From NCBI GenBank assembly GCA_951813565.1, contig OX638351.1, forward strand, positions 992,001 to 1,056,000: a stretch of 64,000 nt of DNA. The letters are read 5' to 3'. The stretch comes from an uncultured Poribacteria bacterium (GTDB lineage Bacteria; Poribacteria; WGA-4E; WGA-3G). The notes under the pieces are model-generated. The model ran no database searches and was not told the DNA's origin. It saw only the letters and a program-made list of their open reading frames with translations. Made by a program: the position numbers and the translations under genes. Numbering within the stretch: the stretch's first letter is position 1; each line of letters starts with the position of its first letter. Positions 41,666 through 52,325 of the stretch are shown here, piece by piece.

Positions 41666-42697
41666 ATGAAAGCAGCCCAATTTTACGGTGGAAAAGATAT
41701 TAGGGTTGAAACAGTCCGAGACCCAACCCCTGATGCTGAACAGGTATTGGTGCAGGTGGAAGCAGCTGGTATATGTGGAAGTGATTTGCACGGTTATCAC
41801 CATCAACCGGACAAGCCTTTGTCACCTCGCATCGGTGGGCATGAATTAGCAGGACAAATTGTTGACATCGGCAAAGATGTTACCGAACGTAAAGCAGGAG
41901 AACGGGTCGCAATTGAACCCATTAGTCCATGCAACAATTGCCCAGAATGTTACAATGGCTACTACAACATCTGCGCAAATTTACGGCACGCTGGTGGCGG
42001 TTTTGCAGAGTTTATGGTTGCACGCACAGCAAATGCATACACCCTTCCTGATACCGTCTCTGTTGAAGGCGGTGCGTTGGCAGAGGTATATGCTGTTGCG
42101 GTGCATGCTGTTAATAGAGCAATGGTATCCCCTGGGGACCGCGTTGCTATTATTGGCAGCGGTCCGGTTGGTTTGACAATTGCGCAAGTAGCGGATATTG
42201 CGGGGGCGACCTCCATTGCAGTTTTAGGAAAACCAGATACACCTATACAGATTGCTAATGAGACGGTTGGCGCAGTACCTATTAATGTAGATAAGGTTAA
42301 TGCTGTGGAAGCCATCATGGATTGGAGCAACGGGCGCGGTGCTGATGTCATTTTTGAAGCGGTCGGTGGCAAGGCAAATACGTTGGAACAAGCTACGCAG
42401 ATTGCAGCAAAAAGGGGACGTGTCTGTATGGTCGGTGGACATGGCGCACCTCTCACTTTTTCGGAGCGGTTTGCTCGCAGCCGTGAACTGACGATAATAT
42501 GGTCATTTTGTTATGGCAGGCGCGGCGGTAAAACTGAGTTTCAAATTGCTATCGATCTGCTCGCTGCTGGTAAACTTGATCCTACCCCGTTGGTCACACA
42601 CCGGTTCAATTTGGACGAGATTACGCAAGCCTTTGCTGTCGCAGCGGGGCGTGACGAACACGGATCCGTAAAAGTTCTCGTAACGCCTAACAATTAA
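41666..42697 (+). CDS. Zn-dependent alcohol dehydrogenase (MDR family)
   Basis: GICGSD, GHE, CxxCxxC..C and GSGPVG motifs. Confidence 0.93.
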   Translation: MKAAQFYGGKDIRVETVRDPTPDAEQVLVQVEAAGICGSDLHGYHHQPDKPLSPRIGGHELAGQIVDIGKDVTERKAGERVAIEPISPCNNCPECYNGYYNICANLRHAGGGFAEFMVARTANAYTLPDTVSVEGGALAEVYAVAVHAVNRAMVSPGDRVAIIGSGPVGLTIAQVADIAGATSIAVLGKPDTPIQIANETVGAVPINVDKVNAVEAIMDWSNGRGADVIFEAVGGKANTLEQATQIAAKRGRVCMVGGHGAPLTFSERFARSRELTIIWSFCYGRRGGKTEFQIAIDLLAAGKLDPTPLVTHRFNLDEITQAFAVAAGRDEHGSVKVLVTPNN

Positions 42698-42708
42698 CGG
42701 AGAAAAAA

Positions 42709-43344
42709 ATGGATATTCTTAAATCACTTGTTTTTGTCGGAACAGAAGGTATTTATCACGACCATGCGGGGAATGGACAGTATTTAACAACGATGCTCAA
42801 TGACAGCGATGGTATTGAAGCCGATTTCTCACGAAACTACAATGTACTTGCTGATGGTCTTGGAACATATAGCACTGTGCTTTTCTATACCGATATTGGT
42901 GAACTTACAGAGGAACAAGAGAAGGGGTTGCTCAACTATATCCAATCAGGTGGTGGTTTTTTTGGACTGCATACCGCTGCTGCTTCCTTCCGAGAATCTG
43001 AAGGGTACCACGGTATGCTTAACGGATTTTTTAACGGGCATAGTCCGTATATGGATTTCACAGTTAATGTAAGCGACTCTGAGCACCCTATTTCCACAGG
43101 GCTAACTGATTTTGAGGTGACAGATGAACTCTACTATCTGAAACACAATCCTGATACTTCACACCATCTAATGCACGCGTATGATAATACAAAAGATGAA
43201 ACCCACGTTATGGCGTTCCATCATAAGTATGGCGATGGTAGAGTGTTTTATTTTGCGTTAGGACACGATCTGGCTGTACTTGAAAACCCGAGTTTTCAAG
43301 AGGTTATACGTAGGGGTGTTTTGTGGGTAGGAAATAGGCTTTAG
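42709..43344 (+). CDS. ThuA-domain protein
   Basis: GGGFFGLH, DELY and GRVFYFALGH motifs. Confidence 0.88.
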   Translation: MDILKSLVFVGTEGIYHDHAGNGQYLTTMLNDSDGIEADFSRNYNVLADGLGTYSTVLFYTDIGELTEEQEKGLLNYIQSGGGFFGLHTAAASFRESEGYHGMLNGFFNGHSPYMDFTVNVSDSEHPISTGLTDFEVTDELYYLKHNPDTSHHLMHAYDNTKDETHVMAFHHKYGDGRVFYFALGHDLAVLENPSFQEVIRRGVLWVGNRL

Positions 43345-43411
43345 AACCGCTAACAATACTTGCACTTACAAAGCGCGCCTACCTCATGTGTCTGTACATT
43401 TTTCGAATTCG

Positions 43412-44368
43412 CTATAAATGGACGTTAGGTTGCTGCGTAAGTATTTCATCAGCAACAGCAATATCTCTATGAATCTGTTGTACTAAAGCGCGCATATTCG
43501 AGAATTTGCGTTCACTACGAATCTTTTCAATAAAGAATATCTCAATAATTTCGCCATATATGACTTCATCAAAATTAAAAAAGTGACTCTCTATCTGGAA
43601 TTTTGTCCCATTAAAGGTGGGTCGGATTCCGATGTTCACCACACCATTTAACCAACGATCCCTCAATTTTGCCCGAATAGCGTAAACACCGTTGGGCGGA
43701 CAAAGTTGCTCACCGTGTTCAATATTCGCAGTTGGGAAACCGAGTTCTCTACCGCGCCCGTCACCGCGTATGATAGTGCCGCTCAACGAATAGATTCTTC
43801 CTAACAACTGTGATGCTAAACCGAGATCGCCCCTTGCAATTGCTTGTCGGATGCGCGTACTATGCACCGGTAAACCATTTAACTCAGTCGGTGGAACAAC
43901 AGTAACACCAAATTCAGATTTGTGTCCTATAGATTCCAGCAGCTCTGCATTCCCTTCCCGATCTTTTCCAAATTGGCAAGCATAACCAACAACTACATGT
44001 TTGGCACGACATATATCAAGCAAAACACTATTGACAAAGGTATCTGGGGACATTGATGCGATCTGTTCATTGAAGTTAACAAAAATTGCAATGTCTATTC
44101 CGAGTTGTTTGAGGACTTCAATGCGTTTTGGCAAACACATTAAAACGGGTGGGCATTTTTCTGGTGCAAGGAACACCAAAGGATGTGGATAGAACCCGAA
44201 GAGAACACTTACAAGATCATCGTCATCAGCACGTGTCCGAACTGTTTTGAGAACATCTTGGTGACCAATATGTAATCCGTCAAATACTCCGAATGTAACC
44301 ACCGCGTCTTGTGTTGATTCAGGTATGGATTCCAAGTTATAATAGGTTTGCAAAATTTTTTTCTCCAC
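43412..44368 (-). CDS. ribF: Riboflavin kinase / FAD synthetase
   Basis: FDGLHIGH, STRIR, GFPTAN and IRSERKF motifs. Confidence 0.96.
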   Translation of the reverse strand: MEKKILQTYYNLESIPESTQDAVVTFGVFDGLHIGHQDVLKTVRTRADDDDLVSVLFGFYPHPLVFLAPEKCPPVLMCLPKRIEVLKQLGIDIAIFVNFNEQIASMSPDTFVNSVLLDICRAKHVVVGYACQFGKDREGNAELLESIGHKSEFGVTVVPPTELNGLPVHSTRIRQAIARGDLGLASQLLGRIYSLSGTIIRGDGRGRELGFPTANIEHGEQLCPPNGVYAIRAKLRDRWLNGVVNIGIRPTFNGTKFQIESHFFNFDEVIYGEIIEIFFIEKIRSERKFSNMRALVQQIHRDIAVADEILTQQPNVHL

Positions 44369-44436
44369 TAATTGTTACTTCCTCAGTAATACACTTTGCG
44401 GAGTAGTTGTAGTGCTGTTAAAGATGAACACTGAAA

Positions 44437-45417
44437 TTAACAATTATTTTGAATATGCCGTTTTGCACTTGCCACGAGTTTTTTAATAGCAGCAGCACAT
44501 GGCAGATTGATACGGCATCCTGAAGCCCGTTCATGACCGCCGCCGTTGAATTCCGCCGCGAGTGCAGCAACATCAACACGACCTTCACTGCGTAGACTTA
44601 TCTTTGTAGTACCATCCGGCAGTTCGCAAACACAAATAGCAACATCAACACTTTCAATCGCTTGAATCTGATTGACAAAACCTTCCAAATCATCCAATGT
44701 TGTTTTAGTTTCATTTAACATTGATTGGGTAACCAAAACCCAGGCTATTTTTCCGTCAGCAGTAAGTTCTAAGGTCCGCAAGGTTTCGCCCAACAAGTGG
44801 ATCTTCTCTAATGACACATGTTCATAGACGTAGCGGTAAACTTCATCTGGTTCAAAATCCCCGATCTCTATCAAATCTGCTGCTATTCGATGTGTCTCTG
44901 GTGTTGCATTGCTATAGCGAAAACACCCAGTATCAAACATTAGCCCAGTATATAGACACAATGCAGATGCTTCATCAATCTGTATTTGTGTGGACTTAAT
45001 AAACTTATAAATAATCTCTGCCGTTGACGAAGCAGTGGGAATAATAATATTGTGGTCTCCGAAAGCCTCCGCAGTAATATGATGATCAATATTTACAACA
45101 GCATGTGTTGGAATCAAACGTTTGCTGAGGAAAGTTCCAATCCGTTCTCGTGAACTTGCATCTAAGACAACTAATATTTCTGGGCGAAAGTCTGTAGATG
45201 CTTTAGCATTCTCAATGTTATCCCTATATGGTAGAAACTGGTACTTTTTCGGAACCAAATCTGTATTAAAGATTCTTACGGTTTTCCCTAATTTCTTCAA
45301 AAATAGGAATAGTGCTAATTCGGAACCGATTGCGTCTCCATCCGGATTAACGTGTGTAGAAATTGCAAACGTCTGATATTGTTCAAATAGGGTAAGGAGT
45401 GCGCGAAAAGTATCCAT
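44437..45417 (-). CDS. nrnA: DHH-family nanoRNase / pAp phosphatase
   Basis: HVNPDGDAIGS, IDHH, DTG and GGGH motifs. Confidence 0.9.
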   Translation of the reverse strand: MDTFRALLTLFEQYQTFAISTHVNPDGDAIGSELALFLFLKKLGKTVRIFNTDLVPKKYQFLPYRDNIENAKASTDFRPEILVVLDASSRERIGTFLSKRLIPTHAVVNIDHHITAEAFGDHNIIIPTASSTAEIIYKFIKSTQIQIDEASALCLYTGLMFDTGCFRYSNATPETHRIAADLIEIGDFEPDEVYRYVYEHVSLEKIHLLGETLRTLELTADGKIAWVLVTQSMLNETKTTLDDLEGFVNQIQAIESVDVAICVCELPDGTTKISLRSEGRVDVAALAAEFNGGGHERASGCRINLPCAAAIKKLVASAKRHIQNNC

Positions 45418-45422
45418 CTCAG

Positions 45423-45806
45423 CTAATAAATATCTTGTGTTGATTTTTCTGGCACTTCTTCTTCAGTCTCAAGTTCTCTGAGAAGTCCATCTATTTTCAT
45501 AATATGGTCAACCGAATCGTCTAAACTAAACCGAAGTTCCGGTGAATATCTGAGTGCTAAGCGTCGGCTAATTTCACGTCTGATAAACCCTGCAGCGCTT
45601 TTAAGTCCTGCCAAGGATGCTTCCTTTTGTTCTGAATCGCCGATAACACTCACTTTCACATCAACATATTTGAGGTCAGAGGACACTTCTACATGTGTGA
45701 CGGTACAAAAGGCGACACGTGGGTCTTTCACAACCCGTTGAATAACCTCACCCAACTCCCTGTGAATAAGCGCACCGACTCTGTCCTGTCTTCTATTTTC
45801 TAACAT
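45423..45806 (-). CDS. rbfA: Ribosome-binding factor A
   Basis: KDPR, DLKY and AAGFIR..LRYSPELRF motifs. Confidence 0.95.
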   Translation of the reverse strand: MLENRRQDRVGALIHRELGEVIQRVVKDPRVAFCTVTHVEVSSDLKYVDVKVSVIGDSEQKEASLAGLKSAAGFIRREISRRLALRYSPELRFSLDDSVDHIMKIDGLLRELETEEEVPEKSTQDIY

Positions 45807-45842
45807 GTTTGCTGACCTCCCGTGCACCAAGTACATCTCTGT

Positions 45843-46127
45843 TTAAAAGAAAAATTCTGTCTCATAATCAACTAAAACTACGGATGAATTTTCCTCAATA
45901 AACTTAACGCTCTGTGCTAATACTTTATTTACAAATTTTACGTCATTCGCAACTGAAACTGCGGCTAAAACAGCAGATTGATGTATATCTTGTGCTTCTA
46001 TTTCAGCAATTGCGAGATTAAATCGGTTTTTGAGTCGCGCAATTATACTTTTGATTACTCTGCGTTTTTCCTTAAGGGATTGGCTCTCTGGTAGATATAA
46101 CTTTATTTTGCAAACACCGATGTGCAT
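45843..46127 (-). CDS. DUF503 family protein (YlxP-like)
   Basis: SLKEKRRVIKS..LKNRFNLAIAE; sits in its usual infB-operon position. Confidence 0.9.
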   Translation of the reverse strand: MHIGVCKIKLYLPESQSLKEKRRVIKSIIARLKNRFNLAIAEIEAQDIHQSAVLAAVSVANDVKFVNKVLAQSVKFIEENSSVVLVDYETEFFF

Positions 46128-46210
46128 TTCTATTGTCTATTTTCTGAAGTGGTATGTTGTTGTTAACTCGCGCGTTTAGTCGTAAAAATAAACCTTCTAC
46201 ATACCCTACA

Positions 46211-46915
46211 TTATCCTTCCAGATCACAACCGATGAAATTTCTGTTTTGAAGGTGCGCTGCTGTCATCACAGAAAACGATCCTGCGGCTGGATCAATTAC
46301 ATAATCACCCTCATTCGTGACAGCAGCAATAAGTTCTGCTTGCAAATTCAGCGGTTTTTGATGGGGATGGTCTTTTGTTTCTTTTTGTTCATGCCAAACG
46401 TCAGGGATGTTATGTATTTTCCAAACTCCTTTTGCTCTTTTCGGCTGCTTTTGAAGAACAACACAGTACTCGCTCACCCGTCTTGTTCTATACCCCATCC
46501 CGATCCTTCCTTTATCCCAGACAATTAAATCCACAACTTCTAACTGCGTTCCATCAAACCAATTTTTAAAACCTTGGCAAAGATGGAACTTGTCGATCCA
46601 TAAAAACAGATGTCCAGACGAGATAAGAACATTGTTAATCCCCTGAATCAATTGCCCAATAATTTCTTCGTTCATTTGCATCAATGAATTTCTGCGTTTT
46701 TCTCGGCTTTTTCCTTCATTGCCGTAATTCATTTTGTCAAGCACGCCCCTATACTGTGGATCAAGGAACGCTACGGGTACCGATTCATTTGGCAGGTGAT
46801 ATAAGAACTTCAAGCCATCCATCTTTAACCTTGAATTCGGTTCAAGGAAATCAGGTAAGATGATGGGAGGGACTTGTAATTCCCGCTCAGTCGAAAAAAC
46901 ATTGTTTTTAGACAT
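46211..46915 (-). CDS. Orphan N6/N4 DNA methyltransferase (beta-type motif order)
   Basis: Catalytic DPQY, HPHQKP, SAM-binding VIDPAAGS. Confidence 0.85.
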   Translation of the reverse strand: MSKNNVFSTERELQVPPIILPDFLEPNSRLKMDGLKFLYHLPNESVPVAFLDPQYRGVLDKMNYGNEGKSREKRRNSLMQMNEEIIGQLIQGINNVLISSGHLFLWIDKFHLCQGFKNWFDGTQLEVVDLIVWDKGRIGMGYRTRRVSEYCVVLQKQPKRAKGVWKIHNIPDVWHEQKETKDHPHQKPLNLQAELIAAVTNEGDYVIDPAAGSFSVMTAAHLQNRNFIGCDLEG

Positions 46916-47206
46916 GTCAAATGTTTCAGGAGTAAGTTTGATATTCTTATTGATCTATTTTGGAATTGTCAATCCTTAAAAACGCTTGAAATGTACTTTA
47001 GGATACGAATAAAAAAAGATTTTAATAGGACGCGAAACCATCACCTTAATTGTGGATTGCAGATATTTTGGATGAGAGCAACAATGGCAAACCGTTATAG
47101 CGTGCAATTTTCGTTTCAACAAAGGTTATGTGTAAAAATGTTGAAATCAAATTCATGCGAATGGTAGCGGCGTGCTCAAACCAATCTTTTCTGTATTACG
47201 TTAGTT

Positions 47207-49312
47207 TCAGAGAGTCCGAGCCACTTGTTCGTGGACGTAACATTCTAACACATCCCCAACTTTTATGTCATCAAATTCATCAATGCCGATTCCGCATTCA
47301 TAATTGGCTTGTACTTCGTTGACGTTGTCTTTAAAACGTCTGAGTGAGTCGACTTTACCTTCGTAAATCAATCGGTTTTCACGTAGCACGCGAAGAGGTT
47401 GGTTAAATGTAATCCTGCCCCAATTGACATAACTTCCAGCAACTAATCCGATGCGAGGCACCTTAAAGATTTCTCTCACTTCTGCCCGTCCAATAATTAC
47501 TTCCCTAACCTCTGGGTCTAACAAGCCTTCCATTGCTGCGCGGATATCAGAGATGATGTCATAAATAACCGTATAGGTGCGAACATCAATCCCTTCTGCT
47601 TCCGTCGCTTTGACTGCTTCTGTGGTTGGGTGAACGTTAAATCCAACAACAATCGCATCAGACGCAGAAGCGAGTAGGATATCGGTCTCAGTGATGCCGC
47701 CAGTGGCTTCGTGAATAATATTAATTTTCACCTCTCCCGTGCTCAATTTTAACAAAGATTCCGAAATGGCTTGGACTGAACCTTGCACATCACCCTTAAC
47801 AATGACATTCAATTCCTTGATATCGCCTTCTTGAATCTGTTGGAATAGGTCATCAAGGCTCACGTGGCTATGTGTGCCAAGTTTGGATATGCGGTGTTTG
47901 TCTTGTCGTTCTTCGCTAATGGCACGAGCATCCCGTTCCGATTCGACAGCATAAAATAAGTTTCCTGCTTCCGGCACTCCGGTAAACCCAAGTACTTCGA
48001 CAGGTGTAGATGGACCGGCATTCTTAATCCGTTTACCGTCATCACTCATCATTGCTCGCACTCTTCCGGAGTAGCGTCCAGAAACGAACGCATCGCCAAC
48101 TTTCAGAGTACCGCTCTGTACTAAAACGGTCGCAACTGCTCCACGACCTTTATCAACTTGAGCCTCAATAACGACTCCGCGGGCAGACTTATTCGGATTG
48201 GCTTTTAATTCCAAAAGAGCGGCTTCAAGGAGTAGCATTTCTAACAACAACTCTATACCTGTTCCTTCTATTGCCGACACTTCTACACATATCGTTTGAC
48301 CACCCCAATCTTCTGGGACCAATTCGTTTTCAACCAACTGCTGTTTAACAAAGTCAGCACGAGCACCAGGCACATCAATTTTGTTAATGGCAACAACAAT
48401 AGGGACTTGTGCTGCTTTGGCGTGATTAATTGCCTCAATTGTCTGTGGCATTACGCCATCATCGGCAGCAACTATAAGAACAACGATATCTGTTGCCTGC
48501 GCGCCACGTGCTCGCATTGCTGTGAATGCTGCGTGTCCGGGCGTATCAAGAAACACTATGTTCCCATTTTCTAATTCAACATGGTACGCGCCGATATGTT
48601 GTGTTATATTTCCCGCTTCGGATTCGCTCACGTTTGATTCACGGATAGAATCTAAAAGTGAAGTTTTGCCGTGGTCAACGTGTCCCATAATTGTGATAAC
48701 AGGTGCACGCGCGACTAACGATTCGAGAGGATCCTCCTCATCTAACAGAAGTTTTTCTTCTAATGTCTTCTCCTGCACAGCTTCAAAACCGAAGTGCTCC
48801 CCTAAAATTAACAAAGTTTGGTAATCTAAACTTTGGTTAATTGATGCTATCACCTTTAATTTCATCAACTGCATAATCAATTGCGTTGATTGTAAATTCA
48901 GTATTGAGGCTAACGTGCCGACTGTTACACCTTCCTGAACCTTCAAAGGAGCATCGGCGGGCTCTTCTGCTTTTTCTTCTGTTTCAGGTGTTATATCAAT
49001 TTCCTTTTTGGGCGCTATATCAACTTCTTTTTTAGGTGTTATGTCAACTTCTTCCTCAGGTGTTACATTAACTTCTTTTTCTTGATCTGGGCTTATTTCT
49101 TGCTGAGGATCTAACTCGGATTCAACTAACATAATTGTTTCCGGATCCAAAGTACTCATGTGATTTTTAACGGGAACGCCTACTTCTTCCAATATTTCAA
49201 TAAGTTCCTTACTACTTAATCCGCGGCGTTTCGCTAATTCATAAACCCGTACATTTTGACTCGGTGTTGTTTTTTGGTTAGTTTCAGCAGCTTGCTGTTT
49301 TCGTTTCCTCAT
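47207..49312 (-). CDS. infB: Translation initiation factor IF-2
   Basis: [21 protein letters not shown] and NKID motifs. Confidence 0.98.
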   Translation of the reverse strand: MRKRKQQAAETNQKTTPSQNVRVYELAKRRGLSSKELIEILEEVGVPVKNHMSTLDPETIMLVESELDPQQEISPDQEKEVNVTPEEEVDITPKKEVDIAPKKEIDITPETEEKAEEPADAPLKVQEGVTVGTLASILNLQSTQLIMQLMKLKVIASINQSLDYQTLLILGEHFGFEAVQEKTLEEKLLLDEEDPLESLVARAPVITIMGHVDHGKTSLLDSIRESNVSESEAGNITQHIGAYHVELENGNIVFLDTPGHAAFTAMRARGAQATDIVVLIVAADDGVMPQTIEAINHAKAAQVPIVVAINKIDVPGARADFVKQQLVENELVPEDWGGQTICVEVSAIEGTGIELLLEMLLLEAALLELKANPNKSARGVVIEAQVDKGRGAVATVLVQSGTLKVGDAFVSGRYSGRVRAMMSDDGKRIKNAGPSTPVEVLGFTGVPEAGNLFYAVESERDARAISEERQDKHRISKLGTHSHVSLDDLFQQIQEGDIKELNVIVKGDVQGSVQAISESLLKLSTGEVKINIIHEATGGITETDILLASASDAIVVGFNVHPTTEAVKATEAEGIDVRTYTVIYDIISDIRAAMEGLLDPEVREVIIGRAEVREIFKVPRIGLVAGSYVNWGRITFNQPLRVLRENRLIYEGKVDSLRRFKDNVNEVQANYECGIGIDEFDDIKVGDVLECYVHEQVARTL

Positions 49313-49592
49313 CGGCGATTATCTCCTTATCAAGGAGTGCCTGTTTGAATTCGGTAATAACCGATCCTGACAGTTGCACTCTTAGCAATGCGTTTATCCG
49401 CTTAGGCAATTTAAAAGCATTCTCAATGCAAGACTTAGAATAACAGACGTAAGCACCACGTCCGGGAAGTTTTTTTAACGCTTCCATCTCTAATACTCCG
49501 CCTTTGCGACACACAAAACGGATTAATGTTTTCTGTGGAAATTTTCTATGGCACCCAATACAGGTACGAATAGGTGCTTTAATTTTTTTCAT
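49284..49592 (-). CDS. ylxR: YlxR/DUF448 RNA-binding protein
   Basis: PIRTCIGC..GRGAYVC. Confidence 0.9.
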   Translation of the reverse strand: MKKIKAPIRTCIGCHRKFPQKTLIRFVCRKGGVLEMEALKKLPGRGAYVCYSKSCIENAFKLPKRINALLRVQLSGSVITEFKQALLDKEIIADEETKTASC

Positions 49593-49665
49593 TGATTGAC
49601 TGTGGAACAGATCACTTCAAACCATTTAGGTAGTAGCAACCCATAACATATAGGTTGCACGTTTG

Positions 49666-50961
49666 TCAATTCTCTTCAGATTCAGAAGATGCTTCTGAAT
49701 CAGGTTCAATAACGGTTTCTGACGCATCAGTAACGGTTTCTGACTCAACAGTATCCTCCGAACTAACCTCCTCTGAGGCTAGCTCAATAGCAGCGTCAGC
49801 GGTCATATCTTCTACTTCCGCATCTGCCAACGAAGTATCTACTTCCGCATCCTCACTCACATTTTCTTTAAATAATGTTTCCAATGTGACAGGTGATTCG
49901 GATTCACTTTTTATGTCAATGTTCCACCCTGTCAATTTTGCGGCAAGCCTTGCATTCTGTCCCCGTCTACCTATCGCGAGAGACAATTGGTCATCTGGAA
50001 CTACGACGTTCGCACTCATGTCTTCCTCGTTTAGCTCAATCTGGCGAACACCATCTGCAGGTTTTAAAGCGTTAGTGATAAGAACTCGTGCATCCTCGTT
50101 CCATTCAAGGATATCAATCTTTTCGTTTTTAAGTTCGCGAACAATAGTCTGTACTCGCGCGCCTCTGACACCTACACATGTCCCTACAGCGTCAATCCCC
50201 TCTTCGTTTGCAGTGACAGCAACTTTGGCACGGTAACCCGGGTCCCGGGCAACTGCCATCACGCGAACTTGTCCCTCATAAACTTCTGGCACCTCCTGTT
50301 CAAATAGCATCGCGATGAGGTCAGGGTGTGTTCGTGATACAACAACTTGCTCCCCAGTTAAGGTGTTTTTCACCTCTAAGATCAGACACCGCAAGGAGTC
50401 GCCTCGATTATACCGATGAGATGGTGGTATCTGGCTTGCTGGTAAAAGTGCCTCTGTCCGCAAGACATCTGTCCGCTCCAAATCAACAATGGCATTCTGT
50501 TTATCATATCGTTGTAAGTACCCAACGACAACTTCCCCTTCACGTCCCTCAAATTCCCTATAAACCAGTTCACGTTCGGCTTCTCTAAGTTTGCCAAGCA
50601 GAATTTGGCGTCCTAATTGTGCTTGAATCCGACCAAACTCATCAGGGTTAATTTCAACTTCCAGAGTATCGCCGATCTCTACATTTGGATCAAGTTTTTG
50701 TGCTTCCTCAATCGGAATCTCTGTTGAAAAATCCTTCATAATATCAACAACCTTCTTCGGGACGTGACATCTTATCTCTTCCGTGTCAAGCTGAATATCT
50801 ATTGACACCTTAGCTTCTGGGCCGTAGTGTCGCAATGCGATAACACGCAATGCTTCCTCAATTGCCTTGACAAAAACATCCTCTGGTAAATCAGTGTGTC
50901 CCATCATTTGCCGAATAGACTGTTGTAGACTTTCTCTTCTTTCTTGTGTTTTGTGTTTCAT
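49666..50961 (-). CDS. nusA: Transcription factor NusA
   Basis: FGRIQAQ, ARDPGYRAKVAV and AIGRRGQNARLAAKLTGW motifs. Confidence 0.97.
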   Translation of the reverse strand: MKHKTQERRESLQQSIRQMMGHTDLPEDVFVKAIEEALRVIALRHYGPEAKVSIDIQLDTEEIRCHVPKKVVDIMKDFSTEIPIEEAQKLDPNVEIGDTLEVEINPDEFGRIQAQLGRQILLGKLREAERELVYREFEGREGEVVVGYLQRYDKQNAIVDLERTDVLRTEALLPASQIPPSHRYNRGDSLRCLILEVKNTLTGEQVVVSRTHPDLIAMLFEQEVPEVYEGQVRVMAVARDPGYRAKVAVTANEEGIDAVGTCVGVRGARVQTIVRELKNEKIDILEWNEDARVLITNALKPADGVRQIELNEEDMSANVVVPDDQLSLAIGRRGQNARLAAKLTGWNIDIKSESESPVTLETLFKENVSEDAEVDTSLADAEVEDMTADAAIELASEEVSSEDTVESETVTDASETVIEPDSEASSESEEN

Positions 50962-51008
50962 ATTACTCCTGCATAGCGAGGTCTGTAAAGTCATATTGCC
51001 TCAACTAA

Positions 51009-51470
51009 TCACCAGATCAGTTGAATATATGCTTTGCAAACCTGCGAAATTTCAATGTGGACGGTTTTACCCGATGTTTGTTCTAAAACGACACATCCGT
51101 CAGCGACATTTACCACTTGTCCTTGCACTTCAAACGCTTGCCCACTTTGCGAAGCGGCTTCAATTTGAACGGTTCTGCCAAGATTTCGCTGGAAATCCGC
51201 CGCTGTTGTTAACGGACGGTCAATCCCAGGTGAAGCGATTTCAAACTGTTTGTACTCAGCTAATATCTGGTGAACTTCTAAAATCGGGCGAACAGCGTTG
51301 TCTACTACTTTGCAATCGGATACCGAAAGCCCTCCCTGTTTGTGAATCAACAACCGTAGTATCCGATTTTTACGGTTCCCGGCTGTTTCTACAGCGACCA
51401 ATTCAAACCCATCTGCATGAAGAAGTGGTGTTAGCATTTCTGCGACGGTAGTTTCAATTCCTTCTGCCAT
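51009..51470 (-). CDS. rimP: Ribosome maturation factor
   Basis: EIASPGIDRPL; first gene of the nusA operon. Confidence 0.93.
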   Translation of the reverse strand: MAEGIETTVAEMLTPLLHADGFELVAVETAGNRKNRILRLLIHKQGGLSVSDCKVVDNAVRPILEVHQILAEYKQFEIASPGIDRPLTTAADFQRNLGRTVQIEAASQSGQAFEVQGQVVNVADGCVVLEQTSGKTVHIEISQVCKAYIQLIW

Positions 51471-51488
51471 TTTTACCTTCTATAAAAT

Positions 51489-51527
51489 AAAAAACGCGAT
51501 TGTTCTCGGTTGTTGAGAGTCCTCGCG
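51489..51527 (-). terminator. Weak hairpin plus T-run in the rimP leader
   Basis: Minus strand: CGCGA-ggaCTCTC..GAGAacaa-TCGCG-TTTTTT immediately before the RBS. Confidence 0.45.
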
Positions 51528-51640
51528 GTTCTTCGTTAGCAATTTACCAATTCCCTTTCAAGTGGGAACAGACGACTGCTTTAACTACTGCATCAGCATC
51601 AGTAGTATCTAAATTTGACTTGCAAACCTTCTAAATTGGC

Positions 51641-51669
51641 ATTTTACCACTTTCCTTTTTGGGAATCAA
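51641..51669 (-). promoter_or_regulatory. Putative promoter of the rimP-nusA operon
   Basis: TTGATT-17 bp-TAAAAT with TG extended -10. Confidence 0.5.
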
Positions 51670-51826
51670 GTCAAATTCAAGATTCACACGAATGTGTTTA
51701 AAAAAACCTAAAAACTTCACCGCATAGGTCCTTCTTAATGAAAAAGGTTGCACTTTAAGACGTTTCTGATTTTAAAAGTTTAACCTATCTACAAACTTTT
51801 GTCAAGATTTATTTTTCTGAAAAAGA

Positions 51827-51855
51827 TTGACATTTTTTGCAAATTCTGGTAATAT
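51827..51855 (+). promoter_or_regulatory. sigma70 promoter
   Basis: TTGACA-17 bp-TAATAT with TG extended -10. Confidence 0.6.
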
Positions 51856-52325
51856 ACCTCACATACTACAGTGGGGACTTAAGAATGAAGATTCAACATG
51901 CGAACGCCACAGCACTAAAATCCATCACGCTAAGTGTTGTTGATCTTAGTGTATTTCACTCATTAGCGGATTCCTACATCCGCTGGCTTAGCTTGTATCC
52001 TCAATTCTCTTCATTTGCCACCCCCCCCTCCAACATTCGTTAATTTTCATACTACATAAGGTAAATATAACTTCTTTGAAAGCTATGTTACCTTTCATTA
52101 TACCTGCCCGCGCTCTTTGTCTAACCCAGAGAGTTTTATCGCGGGTTTTGTTGTTGCATTGGGAGTATCCTCAATGCTCTGTTTCTTATTCCTACATGCA
52201 CAGATTTCGTGCTACCGTAGGAAAATTTCGTTTTTGTTTACACAAAACGGGAGACGTGTTATACTTAATGCAGGTCTCCTGCTAATGTTTGACTACTTCT
52301 ATAAGTCAAAATAAGGAGAAATAAA

